A stretch of DNA of 64,000 nt from Mobula hypostoma (taxonomy: Eukaryota): NCBI RefSeq assembly GCF_963921235.1, contig NC_086112.1, positions 21,018,001 through 21,082,000 on the forward strand, in the 5' to 3' direction. Every line of letters begins with the position of its first letter. The first letter of the stretch is position 1. Under the pieces are notes generated by a model that was not told the DNA's origin, searched no databases, and saw nothing but the letters and a program-made list of their open reading frames with translations. Below are positions 38,752 to 51,476 of the stretch, in pieces. Both the position numbers and the translations under genes were made by a program.

Positions 38752-39048
38752 CTTGTGCTGTAGTTATTGTCTGCAATGGAACCGCAGCCAGTGACAGCTG
38801 TACCATTTCTCCACTTCCTCCAACACTGCAGCAAAGCGCTTACAGATATCCATCCACAAGTGATCTCAGCTCTGAGGGGTAAAATTTAACCACAATTACC
38901 TGCTGACTGGATACTTGCACCACTAGTTCAAAAGCCAACCAGCTTCTCTGACAACCATGTCCTCTGACAGTTCAGATGGTCTTATCATCAAGATATACAT
39001 GACTCACAGATCTACAAATGGAAGTGATGTTTGCCTAAACCATTTTCT
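38752..39048 (-). pseudogene. Exon remnant E
   Basis: Branch-like TACTAAT then CCTGTCTGCAG| acceptor; AAG|GTAATT donor; 297 nt, phase 1-1. Reads KMV*ANITSICRSVSHVYLDDKTI*TVRGHGCQRSWLAFELVVQVSSQQVIVVKFYPSELRSLVDGYL*ALCCSVGGSGEMVQLSLAAVPLQTITTAQ. Confidence 0.6.
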
Positions 39049-39894
39049 CTGCAGACAGGTGTGACAATAGGTAGCTTGATTAGTAGAAGCTTTATTAGCC
39101 TTCTCAGAATGGGGAGGAAGCATTAAATCAGCCAGGTAGGAAACATGAGATGTAATTTGATTTCATGAACTCCAAATGACTTTTAAGTCTCAAGATGAAA
39201 TTTTGATGGGTGTTCATGCCTTGTCTGTCAAGTCAAAGGGTCAAACTGTGGGATCTATCCATTATCTATCTTGAATCTTTTCTTTCATTAAGTTTTGTGA
39301 TGGCAGACAGCTCATCTTGTACTGATAACAGGGAAAAGCCTGATAACTTGTATAAAGGAATCATTTATCTGGTGAAACTTCACCCGTAACATCTTCGGAC
39401 AATTTTAGGCTATCTCAATTTAGGTAGTTTTACAGTGCTGCAATGGCATAAAATGATTAAAAGAAAACTCTTCAATTTAATATTTTAATTTTCCCCTGCA
39501 AAATCATGTAAAGGAAAGTTAATTTCACAAGTTAAAATCAATCATTTTAATTTAACCTGCTATTCCAATTTATTTTATCTGTTCTTGTTTCTGCGGATTT
39601 AACCTTTTGCTTTTAATTATGCAGCTTATAAATTATATCTTACTTTGAGCCCTATTTAGTAAGATCATTCAATATATAAAATTGGAACTGATTTGAAAAA
39701 TAAAAGTCTCCCAAATTCAGAAAGCATTTTCTGACATTCCAGTGAATCATTTGGAAATATTATCTAAATATATACACTAAAAATACAAATGCTTTCATAA
39801 ATAGAACCATATGTTTTATTTATTTTGCTGGAGTCTATTAAGCACTCACTTTAATTTAGCTGAGTGCAGAAAATTGAAGTTTAGGCAGTACCAT

Positions 39895-40480
39895 TGTCAC
39901 GGTCCCGACCGTTAATTCCCCATTTTCTCCTAATTCCCTTTGATTGTGTCACGGTCCCGACCATTAATTCTCCATTTCTCCTAATTCCCTTTGATTGTGT
40001 CACGGTTCCGACCGTTAACTCTCCATTTTCTCCTGATTTTCTTTGATGGCGGCACACCTGGTTCTCATCAAGACCTGCAGCATAAAAACCCCGGCTTTGC
40101 ATCCACTTGTTGCCAGATCATTGTTTTAGCCAGTGTGGTAATTAATGTTCCTGGCCGTTTAGGATTATGTATTCTAAGTTTTACTTCAGTACCGAGAATT
40201 ACGGGTGTAAATCTGTCTCTCCGTGTCAAGATAAGTATTCTAAGTTTTACTTCAGTACCGAGGTTTGCCTGTGTAACTCCATTCCTCCGTGTCAAGAAAA
40301 GTATTGTCTACCGCTCGCCTTTCTATGCTCCGTGTCAAGATAAGTTCTGCCTGCCTCCTGCTTTCCTGTTTACCCTCCTGTTTGCCGTTCAGCTCCAGCC
40401 ACTCTCACACCCTCGTCTGCATCCTAACTCCATCTCCGTGCCAGTGTCCTGCGTTTGGGTTCGCCCCGTTCCTTGCAACA
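39895..40480. mobile_element. Solo LTR (Gypsy- or BEL-type)
   Basis: TGTCAC...GCAACA termini and perfect 5-bp TSD ACCAT (39890-39894, 40481-40485); ~51-bp unit triplicated at the left end. Confidence 0.85.
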
Positions 40481-41179
40481 ACCATAGAGTTTCTTTTCAC
40501 CTAATAATTAAATAAAGAAGTTTTCACTGTTTTTTTTCCTTTTCCATCACTACTATTTACCAACAAAAGAGAATTATAAAACTGACCTCTTCAAATTAAT
40601 AACATTCTTTCTAGTTAACACATTTCGATGACTAATAGTTTTACAAAGGAAAGCTTGCCACACCTGACCAATGCCAAAGAAATTAAAAAGGGGACATTAG
40701 TTTAAGAACCAGCTATTGACAGTGGTCCTGAATATTGTGGGTTCGACTTCCACTTATCAATAAGATTAATTGCAAGTTCATGAATTGGAACCATTTCCTG
40801 ATAGGCAGCCTCCTTATGGGCGTATAGTCTCAGCACAAAACATTCAAGAGCTTCTCAATTTGAAATTCCTGCCATTTGGCCTCCTGTTGTTATTACTATA
40901 GAAACATATGATGGGTTATTCTCCTGGCAGAGAGCAGCGGTCACCTGAGTGACACAGTACACTTCACATACTCTCATCACCCCAAAATGTTACACAGACA
41001 GAGGAAAACCTTTCAAGTCTCTTCACGGATACTGTTCAGACAAACACATCTGTCAACTTTAAAACATCAGGGTTCCAATGAGGAACAATGAGATAAATAA
41101 TCACATAATAATATTTAAACAGCATTGGTTAATCAATAATCTCCCAATTTCTTCTTCAAGTAGTTTGTCCATTCAATAT

Positions 41180-41478
41180 GTCTTTCCATGACTATGATTG
41201 TTCTTGGCAAATTTGTCTACAGAAGAGGTTTGTCATTGCCACCTTCTGAGCAGTGTCTTTACCCATTATCAATATTCTTCAGGGATTGTCTGCCTGGTGT
41301 TAGTGATCACATAACCAGGACTTGTGATATCCACCACCTGCTCCCATGGCTTCATGTGACCCTGATTGGGGATGCTAAGTAGATGCTACCCCTTGCCCAA
41401 GGGTGACCTGCAGACTAGTGGAGCGAAGGAGAACCTTACACTTCCTTTGGTAGAGACGTATCTCCATCCTGCCACCAA
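41180..41478 (-). mobile_element. SINE with an RTE/BovB-like 3' tail
   Basis: Tail GGTGGCAATGACAAACCTCTTCTGTAGACAAATTTGCCAAGAAC resembles BovB-type ends (from memory). Confidence 0.5.
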
Positions 41479-42155
41479 CTTCAAAACGTATCAGCAAGAA
41501 AGTTTTACATTTATAGTACTTATATCTAACGGCTGCATCATGCTCCTGTTGTGAATTAATACAAGAACAAATTCTGCTGTTATAATACCTTTTGTTTTTG
41601 CCAGAGATTTTTTAGTATCCTATTAAAAGTAGCACTTCCAGCTATGCAGAACTCTCTGAGTCTTGTGCTGAAACATTGGTCTGGGTTCCATCTTCAAACC
41701 CCTGCAGTGAGGTTTAAATCCACAATCTTCTTACTCAGAGTTATGATTATTGTATAATTCCTAGCATGCAAATTAAATGTTATTATTTACTATTTATTAT
41801 TATTTATTATGCTGTTATTTCACCTTGCATTTTTAGCAATGAAATTCAAAGTATTCCCCTGAATTCATTATGATATCTAAAATTCCTTCCTAATTAAAGC
41901 CAAAGTATCACCTAGATAGCTACATCAGATATTTGTAAATAAGATTTCCACATTATTGTAAGCATTCTTATCCATTGTACTTCTCAGGTACAAAAGCAGA
42001 GAAAATATCTACTCAGAAAATTTCTACACAGAGCTTTGTTAGAGAAAGATTCACAAAAATATAAAGAGAAAAACGATCTGCTCTAGTTGTCTTATGCTGA
42101 CATATTTCATTGAGTTTTAATGAAATATGTCCATTTTTTATTAGATCCATGATAC

Positions 42156-42413
42156 CGTTCTTCACAATCCATTCAAGCTGTGAATTAGATCTGTACCAGA
42201 ACATAGTTGCGCCAGGGACTGAGTTCATAACCAGTGTAATAAACTGCCCAATTTAATTCTTCATGCAGAGTTCTCACTTCTACCGTCAATGACATTGTAA
42301 TAGACTTCACAAAGTGTACAACAGAATCTGACCAGCAATTAAACCCTATTAAATTCTCCACATCAACAATATTGACAAATGTGCTAGAAGAAGCCAGCAG
42401 CACTGTGTATCAA
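42156..42413 (-). pseudogene. Exon remnant D (one frameshift)
   Basis: Acceptor TCATTTTGTTATAAG| (phase 2) and donor ACG|GTATCA (phase 1). ORFs 42403-42185 and 42228-42013 fuse if 1 nt is removed near 42255: *YTVLLASSSTFVNIVDVENLIGFNCWSDSVVHFVKSITMSLTVEVRTLHEELIGQFITLVMNSVPGATMFWYRSNSQLEWIVKN. Confidence 0.5.
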
Positions 42414-42559
42414 CTTATAACAAAATGACAGTAGATTCAAATAAAATTAATTCTGTAATTTTTGCAATATGATGTAATTGTTTCCAACACAGAATTCATT
42501 ATTTTCTATTTTAACTTCTTTTCTGCCACTTTACCATTCATTTGCCACAAGAAGGTAAC

Positions 42560-45270
42560 TGATATTGATAAAATCCTAGAACCTTAAGGCATAGAAGGAG
42601 GCTATTCAGCCCATTATGCCAGGGCTGCCTCTTTGGAAAGATGTCATATTATGGTCATAATTCTGTCGGTTTTTTTAATGCAGTAAATCTCTAACTGCCT
42701 TTTAAAATCTTTCACATAATCAGTTTCCACCAGCTTTCTGTTTGCTGTCAACTCTCTGAGTGAAAACAAAATTATTTTATCTCCTTTGACATGTTGATTA
42801 CTTGTTGCTGACAGGGAAAATGGGTTCTTACCATTCACTCTATTAGAACCACTTGTCCTCTAACAAAAAACTTACAATAGATAACCTTCTAATCTTCTTT
42901 ATTTCGAGAACACTTCAAACTTTTCCAATCCATTGCCCACCCTACCCCAAACTGTTCACCCAAATCTGTCTCATAACAGAAATCCCTCATCCCTGGTAAT
43001 ACAGGTTCATTTCCAAATCATTACATTTATCTCCTGAAGAAAAAACTCAAAATGGTCATCATACTCCAATTGCAGATAAACCAGAAATTCATAAGGTCCC
43101 TGCCTGCTATTCTTGGTTTATAGAGCCAAGTAACTCATTTACTTCTCTGCATCACCTCATCAACTTTGTCTCCTGTCTTAAGGATGTATGTGGACACTTT
43201 TCAGAATCATGCTCTACTTGTACACAGTGTTTCTATATGAAGCCTCTCACAGTGCATCAGTTCATTCTTTTTAGCAATTAACTCTATACGCCATAACCTG
43301 CCCAAGTAACAAGAGTCCTTGCTATCGTACAAGAAGTCCATTCCGGGGTCTGATAACAGGGGATAGAATTTGTCCTTGGGCCTGGTGGAGTGCGTGCTTT
43401 CAGGCTTTTGTATCTGCTGCCCAATGGGAGAGGAGAAAAGAGAGAATATCCAGGATGGGTGTGATCATTGATTATAAGGCCATAAGATATAAGAGCAGAA
43501 TTAGGCCATTTGGCCCATCGAATCTGCTCTGCCATTTCATCATGGCTGATCCAATTTTCCTCTCAGCCCCAATCTCCTGCCTTCTCCCCTTATCCCTTCA
43601 TGCCCTGACCGGTCAAGAATCTAAATTATGCTGGCAAGAAGTACAGACGGTCCATAGAGGGGAGGATGGTTCATGTGATGTGCTGAGCTACGTCCACAAC
43701 TCTGCAGTTTCTCTGATCAGCTTTTTCAAAAAAAATCTTTATGTCATCATTACATTGAGATCAGAGATTCCTATCAGAATCAGACAGGTTACAGGTTGGA
43801 AGGTGGCCATTTGGCTCAGAGTCCATACTGGTTCACTGTAAGAGCAATCTACCTAACCTCATTCACTGACCGTTTCCTTGTTATTTCTTTCAAATAGGCA
43901 TTCAGCTCTCATTTGAATGCTACAATTGTATCGGCACCTCCTACACTTTCTGTCTGTGCATTCCAGACCCTAGCCACCTCCTCATGTTACCTTTCGTTAT
44001 TTCACCAGTCACTTTCATTCCATGTCCTCTAGTCCCTGACCATCCCTTTCCTCTGTTTACTCTATCTATGCCTTCCACGACTTTAATTATTTACCAGATC
44101 CCCTCCCAACCTTCTCAGTTCCAAGGAGAACTAATGACAGCAAACCCAGTCAATATACATAATCGAAAGGTTCTCATCCCTGAAATCATTCCAGTAAGTT
44201 TCTTCTGAATCCTCTTTAAAGTTTTCACATACTTCCTTAAGCGTGGTACGCAGAAGTGGACACAATACTCCTGCTGTGGCTAAAGCAGTGTTTTAGAAGG
44301 GCTCATCGTGACAACCTTGCTTTATTTTTCAATAAAGCGCAGGGTATAATTTTGCTTACCATTTTATCAATGTGCCTTGCTAGTTTCAAAGTTCAAAGTA
44401 AATTTATTCTTGAAGCAGATATATGTCACCATATATAACCCTGAGATTCATTCTCCTCTGGACATACTCAGCAAATTTATAGAATAGTAACTGTAACAGG
44501 AACAAAGAAAGATCAAACAGAGATTGTCTGAAAGGTTTTCCATTCAAAGACACTGCCGTTTCCATACCAGGCTGTGATGTAGCTAGGCAATATACTCTCC
44601 ACTACACATCTGTAGAAGCTTGTTCATTGTTGTTTCAAAAGTCAATGCATATTTACCCCTAGATCTCCTCGTTCTAGTCCTCCTTTAACAATGCTCCTTT
44701 TAATCGCTTCTCCCACTTGCCAAAATGTTACACTGCATTTTTCTGCAATACACTTCGTCTGCCACAAATCTGTTCATTCCATCATCCTACCATCCTTTCT
44801 TAATGTCTGTTGCCAACCTTCTCATAGTTCATTGTAATTCCAGGGTCTGGGTTTTGTGTCATCTGCAAATTTGGAAATTGTGCCCTAACAACACAAAGCC
44901 CAAATCATTAACATATTTCAAGAAAAGGCAATTGGCTTAGTACCAATTCTCTTCAATCCAAAAAAAACTTAATGCTCTGTTTCCTGTTATTTAGTCAATT
45001 TGCAACAGCTTTTATTAATTCCACAGACTCAATTCTTGATGTCAAGCTTCTCTGTGGCATATTATCAAATGCCTTTTTTAAAATCTATGTATACCAAACC
45101 GCCTGTATTGCCCTCTTTCTTATTTTTTCAAAATAAATTTAAAAATTGGTAAGAAATTATTTGTCTTTAATAAGTCCATGTTGCTGGTGTTTAATCAATT
45201 CAAACATTCAAGTGACTGTTAACTCTCTCCTTAGTTATCATTTCAAACAATTTCCCCACCACTGAGACCT
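42560..45270 (-). mobile_element. Cluster of very old CR1 fragments with younger inserts
   Basis: Degenerate CR1 3' UTR and RT pieces (e.g. TGTGTCATCTGCAAATTT, antisense of KFADDT); boundaries approximate. Confidence 0.5.
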
Positions 45271-46149
45271 GTAAGTACTGGTTCAATCCAGGGAAGCATT
45301 GACAATGCCTAGGAACTTGGCTTCTAAGTGTTTGTAAATATGTGCGTTATTTGCATACTACAGCTCTGATTCAGTAGGCACAAGAGATTCTGCACAGTAG
45401 CACACACAAAATTCTGGAGGACCTCAGCAGTACACATACACATTTTCAATGTGAAACTCTGATGCTTCATTCACTCTGAAGGCTAGTTCCATTCCTGTTG
45501 AAAATGAGATCCCTTATCCCAGTTCTCCAACAAAATTAAGACTGGAATTTGGACTTACAAGAAGAATCCAATAACATGAAAGCTGCTGATGACTGAACTG
45601 ACATTTTAAGATTAAGATGCACAGTCTCTTTGGATTTTTTCATAATTAATAATGGACAGATTTTCCTATCCAATCCAATCTGCATTAGTAAATTTATATT
45701 AAAAAGCATGCAAAAACAAAACCTTCTTCGATAGTACATCTTTGAAAAACTCACGGTTAACATGAATCTGCACAATATGAATGCAATAACGCTGGTGTCA
45801 AGGCAAAGGGATAGAGGGACAGTTATAATTAATTTCACCTATATAAGATACCTTTGTATCTGATCTAATCTGTGGGTATAATTAAAAGTTTCACCTCTGA
45901 CAGAAGCAGAGACAGAGCAGCAATTATTGCCTATAATTACTGGAGAAAAATATATTGTTCATGCCTTAATTAAATTGCTAGCTGAGCTTATGTTGTATGT
46001 GGGTTAAATTAATAAAAACAAAATTGATTTGAGAAGGAATAAGTAAAAAAAAACAAATTGTACTAATAAGAAAATCATCATGATATACTTCAGCAAAAGC
46101 CTACCAGCAAAATGATCTGACATTTGTTCTCAGTTCAATTTCAGCCCTC

Positions 46150-48362
46150 TTGTACCCACACCTCATATCTGGTACAATATCTGCACTATTAACAGACCGT
46201 ACTGATTGCATCAACTTCTGTGTGGACACTGTAATACCATCAAGGACTGTTCACTGCTTCCCTAACAACAAACTATGGGTCACCAGTGATCTAAAGGCTC
46301 TTCTCAACTACAAAAAGAGAGCCTTTAGATCAGGAGACAGAGAGGGATTGAATTATGTGCAGAGGGAGCTAAAGGAAGATGATCAGGGTGGCTAAAGAGG
46401 AATACAGGAGAGGCAGGTGAACAAGCTTGGGCAGAATAGCACACGGGAAGTGTGGAGATGCTTGAAGAACATCACTGGCTTCAATCAGCCTAGCTACAGA
46501 ACCTTAGAATGCAGCCGTGAATGGTCTAATGTGTTAAACTAACGCTTCAATAGGTTTGACAATTACCCACCTGTTCACACACCCCTCAGCACACCAGTGC
46601 CTCAGTACCAGGTGATGAGGTACTCAGTGCCCCCTCAGTACCAATGACTCCCCTCCTCCCTCCTCTCCCTTCCAGTTCAACACGTGGTTGAACAACAGAA
46701 GTTACATCCCCTCCTTGCCCTGCACCTACCATCCACAGCTCCAGATACCAACTGCTATCGTCTTGTCCTTATCTGCTCCCAGCCTCGACTGTCCACTGAA
46801 TCCCCAGTAACATGGACTCACCTTCACTACTGAGCAGGTGAGAAGGGCTCTGGGGAAACATAGACATTGGGACCGGAAGGTGTGAACCCCAAGGTCCTGA
46901 TTAGTGTGCTGAGCAGCTTTGTGGAGTTCCCCAGCACATTTTCAATCAGAGTCTCAGCCTGGAAAGGGTCCTGACTGTGTGGGAAACATCTTGTGTGGTC
47001 CCAGTACCCAAGAAGGGCCAAGAGAAAGTCTTGAATTACTGCTGTCCAGTGGTCCTGACCTCACACATCATGTAGACCCTAGAGAGGCTGGTCTTGGCTC
47101 ACCTCCAACCCCTGGTCAGATCAGCCCTCGATCCCCTGCAGTTTGCCTACCAGGAGCACATTAGAGTCGATGTTGCTGTCATCTACCTGCTGAACAGAGC
47201 CTACTCCCATTTGGATAAGCAGGAGAGCACTGCGAGGATCTTGCTTTTTGATTTCTCAAGTGTCTTCAATAGCATACAGCCCTCATTGCTGGAAGAAAAA
47301 CTCTGTCCAATGCAGGTTGGCACTTCCATTTTATCCTGGATAATGGACTACCTAACTGGCATACCACAGTTTGACTGGCTTCAGAGCTGTGTGTCAGACA
47401 TGGCTAAAAGCAGCACTGGGGTCCCACAGGGGAATGTATTGGCTCCCTTCCTGCTTACCCTGTATACCTCAGACTTTAGATACAACACTGAGACATGTCA
47501 TCGGCAGAAATTCTCTGATGACTCAGCAATAGTTGGGTGTATAAAGAGAGGATGGGAGGATAAATACAGGGGATGACGTTGTCAAATGGTGCAAGCTGAA
47601 TCATATGCAGCTCAACATCAGTCAGCCAAAGGGGATGGTGATGGACTTTAGGAAGACTAAGCCTGCTCTGCTCCCTGTTCCTATTGATGATAAGGACGTG
47701 GATGTGGTGAGGACCAACAAGTACCTGGGGATGCACCTGGATGACAGAGCACCAACACAGAGGCTGTGTACAAGAAGGGCCAGAGTCACCTCTTCTTCCT
47801 GAGGAGACGGAGGCCCTTTGCAGTATATAGGCCTCTCCTTCACATGTTCTACCAGTCTGTTGTTGCCAGTACAATTTTCTGTGCGGTGGTGTGTTGGGAC
47901 AATGGCATTAACACAGTTGATGCCAACTGGCTCAATAAACTGATTAGAGAAGCTGGCTCTGTTGTAGGAGTCAAAATGGACACACTGGAGGCTGTGGTAG
48001 AACAAAGGACCCTACGGAAAATCCTGGCAATTCTGGATAATGTTTCTCACACTCTGCATGCCACGTTGGCTGAACAGAGGAGCATTTTTAGTAATAGACT
48101 AAGACATCTATGCTGCTCCAAAGAGCGCTATATGAGGTCATCCTTACTCTCAGCCATTAGGCTCTATAATGAGTCAACCTATAGCTGGGGAAGTGATGAC
48201 CCCCTCCTGTTAGAGTGTTTGAGGTAATTGTCTAAAACTGACAGTTTTAGACTGTTTATTCTTTCTTACTTCACTTCTAATATTTGCATATCTATGCACT
48301 GGAAATGTTACTGTGACACTGTAATTTCCTTTGGGATCACTGAAGTATCTATCTATCTATCT
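46150..48362 (+). mobile_element. Rex1/Babar LINE, degenerate RT region to 3' end
   Basis: FPNNKLWVTSDLKALLN, LDPLQFAYQ, LFDFSSVFNSIQP, GVPQGNVLAPFL, KFSDDSAIVGCI; (TATC)n tail. Confidence 0.9.
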
Positions 48363-48619
48363 AGTCAACCATGGTTGTTCACCTCAAAAGCCTAGTCTGC
48401 TGCTGAAAGCTAATGAACAGGGATCTGGAAGTATTTGGCACCGTAGGCAGCGTGAACACAGTTGCTGTGCTGGAGGTATCCAAGAGCTTCGCAGAGCCAT
48501 CAACATCTTGTTGCTCAGCAAGAACGAGTGCCCAGATTTACTCACAGAACAGTGGTATCTGCTATGACAGACCTTGTGTAGGGGCTCTGACAACTTATAA
48601 AGTAATTCAGCTTCTACAG

Positions 48620-49700
48620 TAAGTACTGACATTGGCTGAATCAAGGGTGGTGACAAATCAGCATATAGGAGGGGGAGTGAAAATCTGGTTGAATGGTGCC
48701 ACAACAACAATCTCTCACTCAACATTAGGAAAGTCAAAGAGCTGATTATTGACTACAGAAAAATAAATTGGGGTCCATGAACCGGTCATCATTAGGGACT
48801 GGAGGTGGACAGAGTCAGTAACTTTAAATTCTTGGCATTATCATATGGAGGATCTGTCCTGGGACCACCACAAAAGTACAATTTCAAAGAAGGCACAGCA
48901 GCACCTCTACTTTTTGCATATATTTGACATTTCATCTAAAACTTTGACAAACTTCTATAGATGCACTGACTGATTGCATCTTGGCCTAGTTTGGAAATAC
49001 CAATGCCCAAGAATGGAAAGTTAGAGTCTGTCCTGAGCCTTATAGGCTCATCAGGCCGGTGCTTATGCTGGTTTCCGTGGCATGAAGCAACTGAGACTTT
49101 CCCACCCCCCCCCCCCCCGGACAGGACACCCAGCATTTTGCCGGTACCCATTTTCAGCTGGGTGGACTGGACCAGTGTGTGGTTAAGTGCCTTGCTCAAG
49201 GACACAACACGCTGCCTCGGCTGGGGCTCGAACTCACGACCTTCAGATCGCTAGTCCAACGCCTTAACCACTTGGCCACGCGCCACACCAAGAATGGAAA
49301 AGCCTACAAAAAAATGGTCAGTACAGCCCATTGCATCACAGGTAAAGACCTCCCCATCATTGAGCACATCTGCAAGGAGCACTGCCACGAGAAAGCAGCA
49401 TGCATCACAAGGACTACCACCATCCAAGACATGCTCTCTTCTTGCTGCTGCTATCGGGATAGGAGGTACAGGAGCCTTAGATCACATACAACCAGATTTA
49501 GGAACAATTATTACCCATCAACCATCAGACCTCTGAACCAGCATGGACATCTTGACTCACCACAACACTGAACTGATCGCTGACTACACAACCTATAGAT
49601 TCACTTTCAAGAACTCTACAACTCGTGTTCTTAGTATAATATATTTATTAATATTACTTGTTTATTTTTGGATTTGCACTATATGTCAACCTTTGTTGGT
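48620..49700 (+). mobile_element. Rex1/Babar LINE 3' fragment carrying a SINE insertion
   Basis: Degenerate NLVEWCHNNNLSLNI and RRYRSLRSHTTRFRNNYYPSTIR motifs. Confidence 0.75.
49020..49287 (-). mobile_element. Young tRNA-derived SINE
   Basis: A box TGGCCAAGTGG and B box GTTCGAGCC; perfect 13-bp TSD CCAAGAATGGAAA (49007-49019, 49288-49300). Confidence 0.9.
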
Positions 49701-49959
49701 CTAGGAGTGATAAATAGGAAGAAAGAGGAATCTGACAGGAGAAGACAGTGGACTATAGAAGAAAGGGAAGGAGGAGGGGCACCAGAGAGAACTGATGGGC
49801 AGGTGGAGAGTTGTAGAAGGGGGTGAGAGGGGAACCAAAATGGGGAAAGGATATAAAAAGGGAAAGGGGAGGGGTTAGAAATTGCATGAACATAGAGAAA
49901 TCAATGTTCAGAACAACAGGTTGGAGCCTTCCACCTCCTTACTTCATCTTCCCTCTCCC

Positions 49960-50590
49960 ATCCACCCACCTTCTCCCTCACCTAGTCTCACCAATCACCA
50001 GCCAGCTTGTCCTCCTCCCCCACTCCCTCCCACCCACCTTCTCCCTCACCTGGTCTCACCAATCATCAGCCAGCTTGTTCTCCTCCCCCACCCCCACCCA
50101 CCCACCTTCTCCCTCACCTGGTCTCACCAATTACCTGCCAGCTTGTTCTCCTCCCCCTCCCCCCACCTTCCCCCTCACCTGGTCTCACCAATCACCAGCC
50201 AGCTCGTCCTCCCCACCCACCTTCCCCCTCACCTGGTCTCACCAATCACCTGCCAGCTTGTTCTCCTCCCCCTCCCACCCACCTTCCCCCTCACCTGGTC
50301 TCACCAATCACCAGCCAGCTTGTCCTCCTCCCCCTCCCCCCACCTTCCCCCTCACCTGGTCTCAACAATCACCAGCCAGTTTGTCCTCCTCCCCCACCCC
50401 CTCCCACCCACCTTCCCCCTCACCTGGTCTCACCAATCACCAGCCAGCTTGTCCTCCTCCCCCACCCCCTCCCACCCACCTTTCCCCTCACCTGGTCTCA
50501 CCAATCACCTGCCAGCTTGTTCTCCTCCCCCCTCACCTGGTCTCATCAATCACCTGCCAGCTTGTCCTCCTCACCCTCCCCCCACCTTCT
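49960..50590 (+). repeat. Pyrimidine-rich minisatellite, about 10 units of 45-68 bp, inside a Penelope-derived fold-back element (~49700-50700)
   Basis: Core TCACCTGGTCTCACCAATCACC(A/T)GCCAGCTTGT repeated with C-rich linkers of variable length. Confidence 0.9.
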
Positions 50591-51476
50591 TACTCTGACT
50601 TCTGCCTGCTTCCTTTCCGTTCCTGAAGAGAATCAGTCAGAATTGTCAACTGTTTATTCCCCTTCTAGTGCTATCCAGCTTGCTGAGTACCTCTTTGCTT
50701 GTTCGTGAAGGAAATGTTGCAACCTTTTCTCCCCCTCATTAAGAAATAAAATTAAGTTTTATTTTTTGTGGAGCTCTTCCATTGCTTCTGTTGTGGCATC
50801 ATTCATGTAAGGAAATAAACCTACTCATCTTTCTGTCATATCATCAGGTTAAGGGCCATAAATCAGATCACACCAGTAACATACACTTCCCATCACTGAA
50901 TCTTAACAAACAGTTAATTCCAGTGATGTTTTTGCTCAGGATGCAAATTAAAAGCAGATAAATCAACAAATATGCATAAAATAGAAAGATGTAATTTTAA
51001 CCAATTGTCATTAATGTTTTCAGGATGTTGACATGCTATTTTTGATTTTAATTAGCATCAGTTCCTAATTTTGATAGATAGATAATGTTCTGCATAAGGC
51101 TGGTGTTCAACACCAATTAGTTGATTAGATTTCATTTTAAAGTCTATAAATTTTAAGATTATTCATACATTGTAATCATTTCAAAGCTTATTTAATGGGA
51201 ACTAATCAATTTCTATCCAAGAGACAGTTACGTCAAATTAACTTTCCTGCCAAGCCTAACACGCAGATTTTTCTCTCCAAGCAGAACATTTTGGAACATA
51301 TTTGAATCCAGCTAAAAACACAAATCATATATCAGATGGGACTTTAGACCACATGTATGATATGTATGTGTGTGGAGAAACACAATTCACAGAGTAATTG
51401 TTTTGTCTAGCTTACTTCCCAGTATTCTCTCTTGCTAAGTTTCCCCATTATTCCATGTCTCTAGAAAGTCCACACC

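Noticed and set aside
38872-38899. 28-nt GT-AG mini-intron within exon E
   Set aside because: Too short for a vertebrate intron; the frame reads straight through it and removing it would shift the frame.
35278-39048. Naming the dead gene from short motifs (anoctamin-like LYFxDGxRR, cNMP-binding-like, PFK-like)
   Set aside because: Each resemblance is under 15 residues and the flanking sequence does not fit those families, so no gene symbol was assigned.
49030-49060. Hammerhead in the SINE tail (CTGATGA followed by a hairpin, minus strand)
   Set aside because: It lacks GAAA and the cleavage triplet after the stem; it is more likely a LINE-recognition stem-loop.
49200-49287. tRNA gene
   Set aside because: The A/B boxes belong to a SINE head with TSD and tail; no complete cloverleaf or acceptor stem is evident.
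49823-50708. Three long Pro/Ser/His-rich ORFs, or a CRISPR-like repeat-spacer array
   Set aside because: The ORFs are open only because the C-rich minisatellite lacks stops. The linkers are homologous C-runs rather than unique spacers, and the context is eukaryotic with no cas genes.
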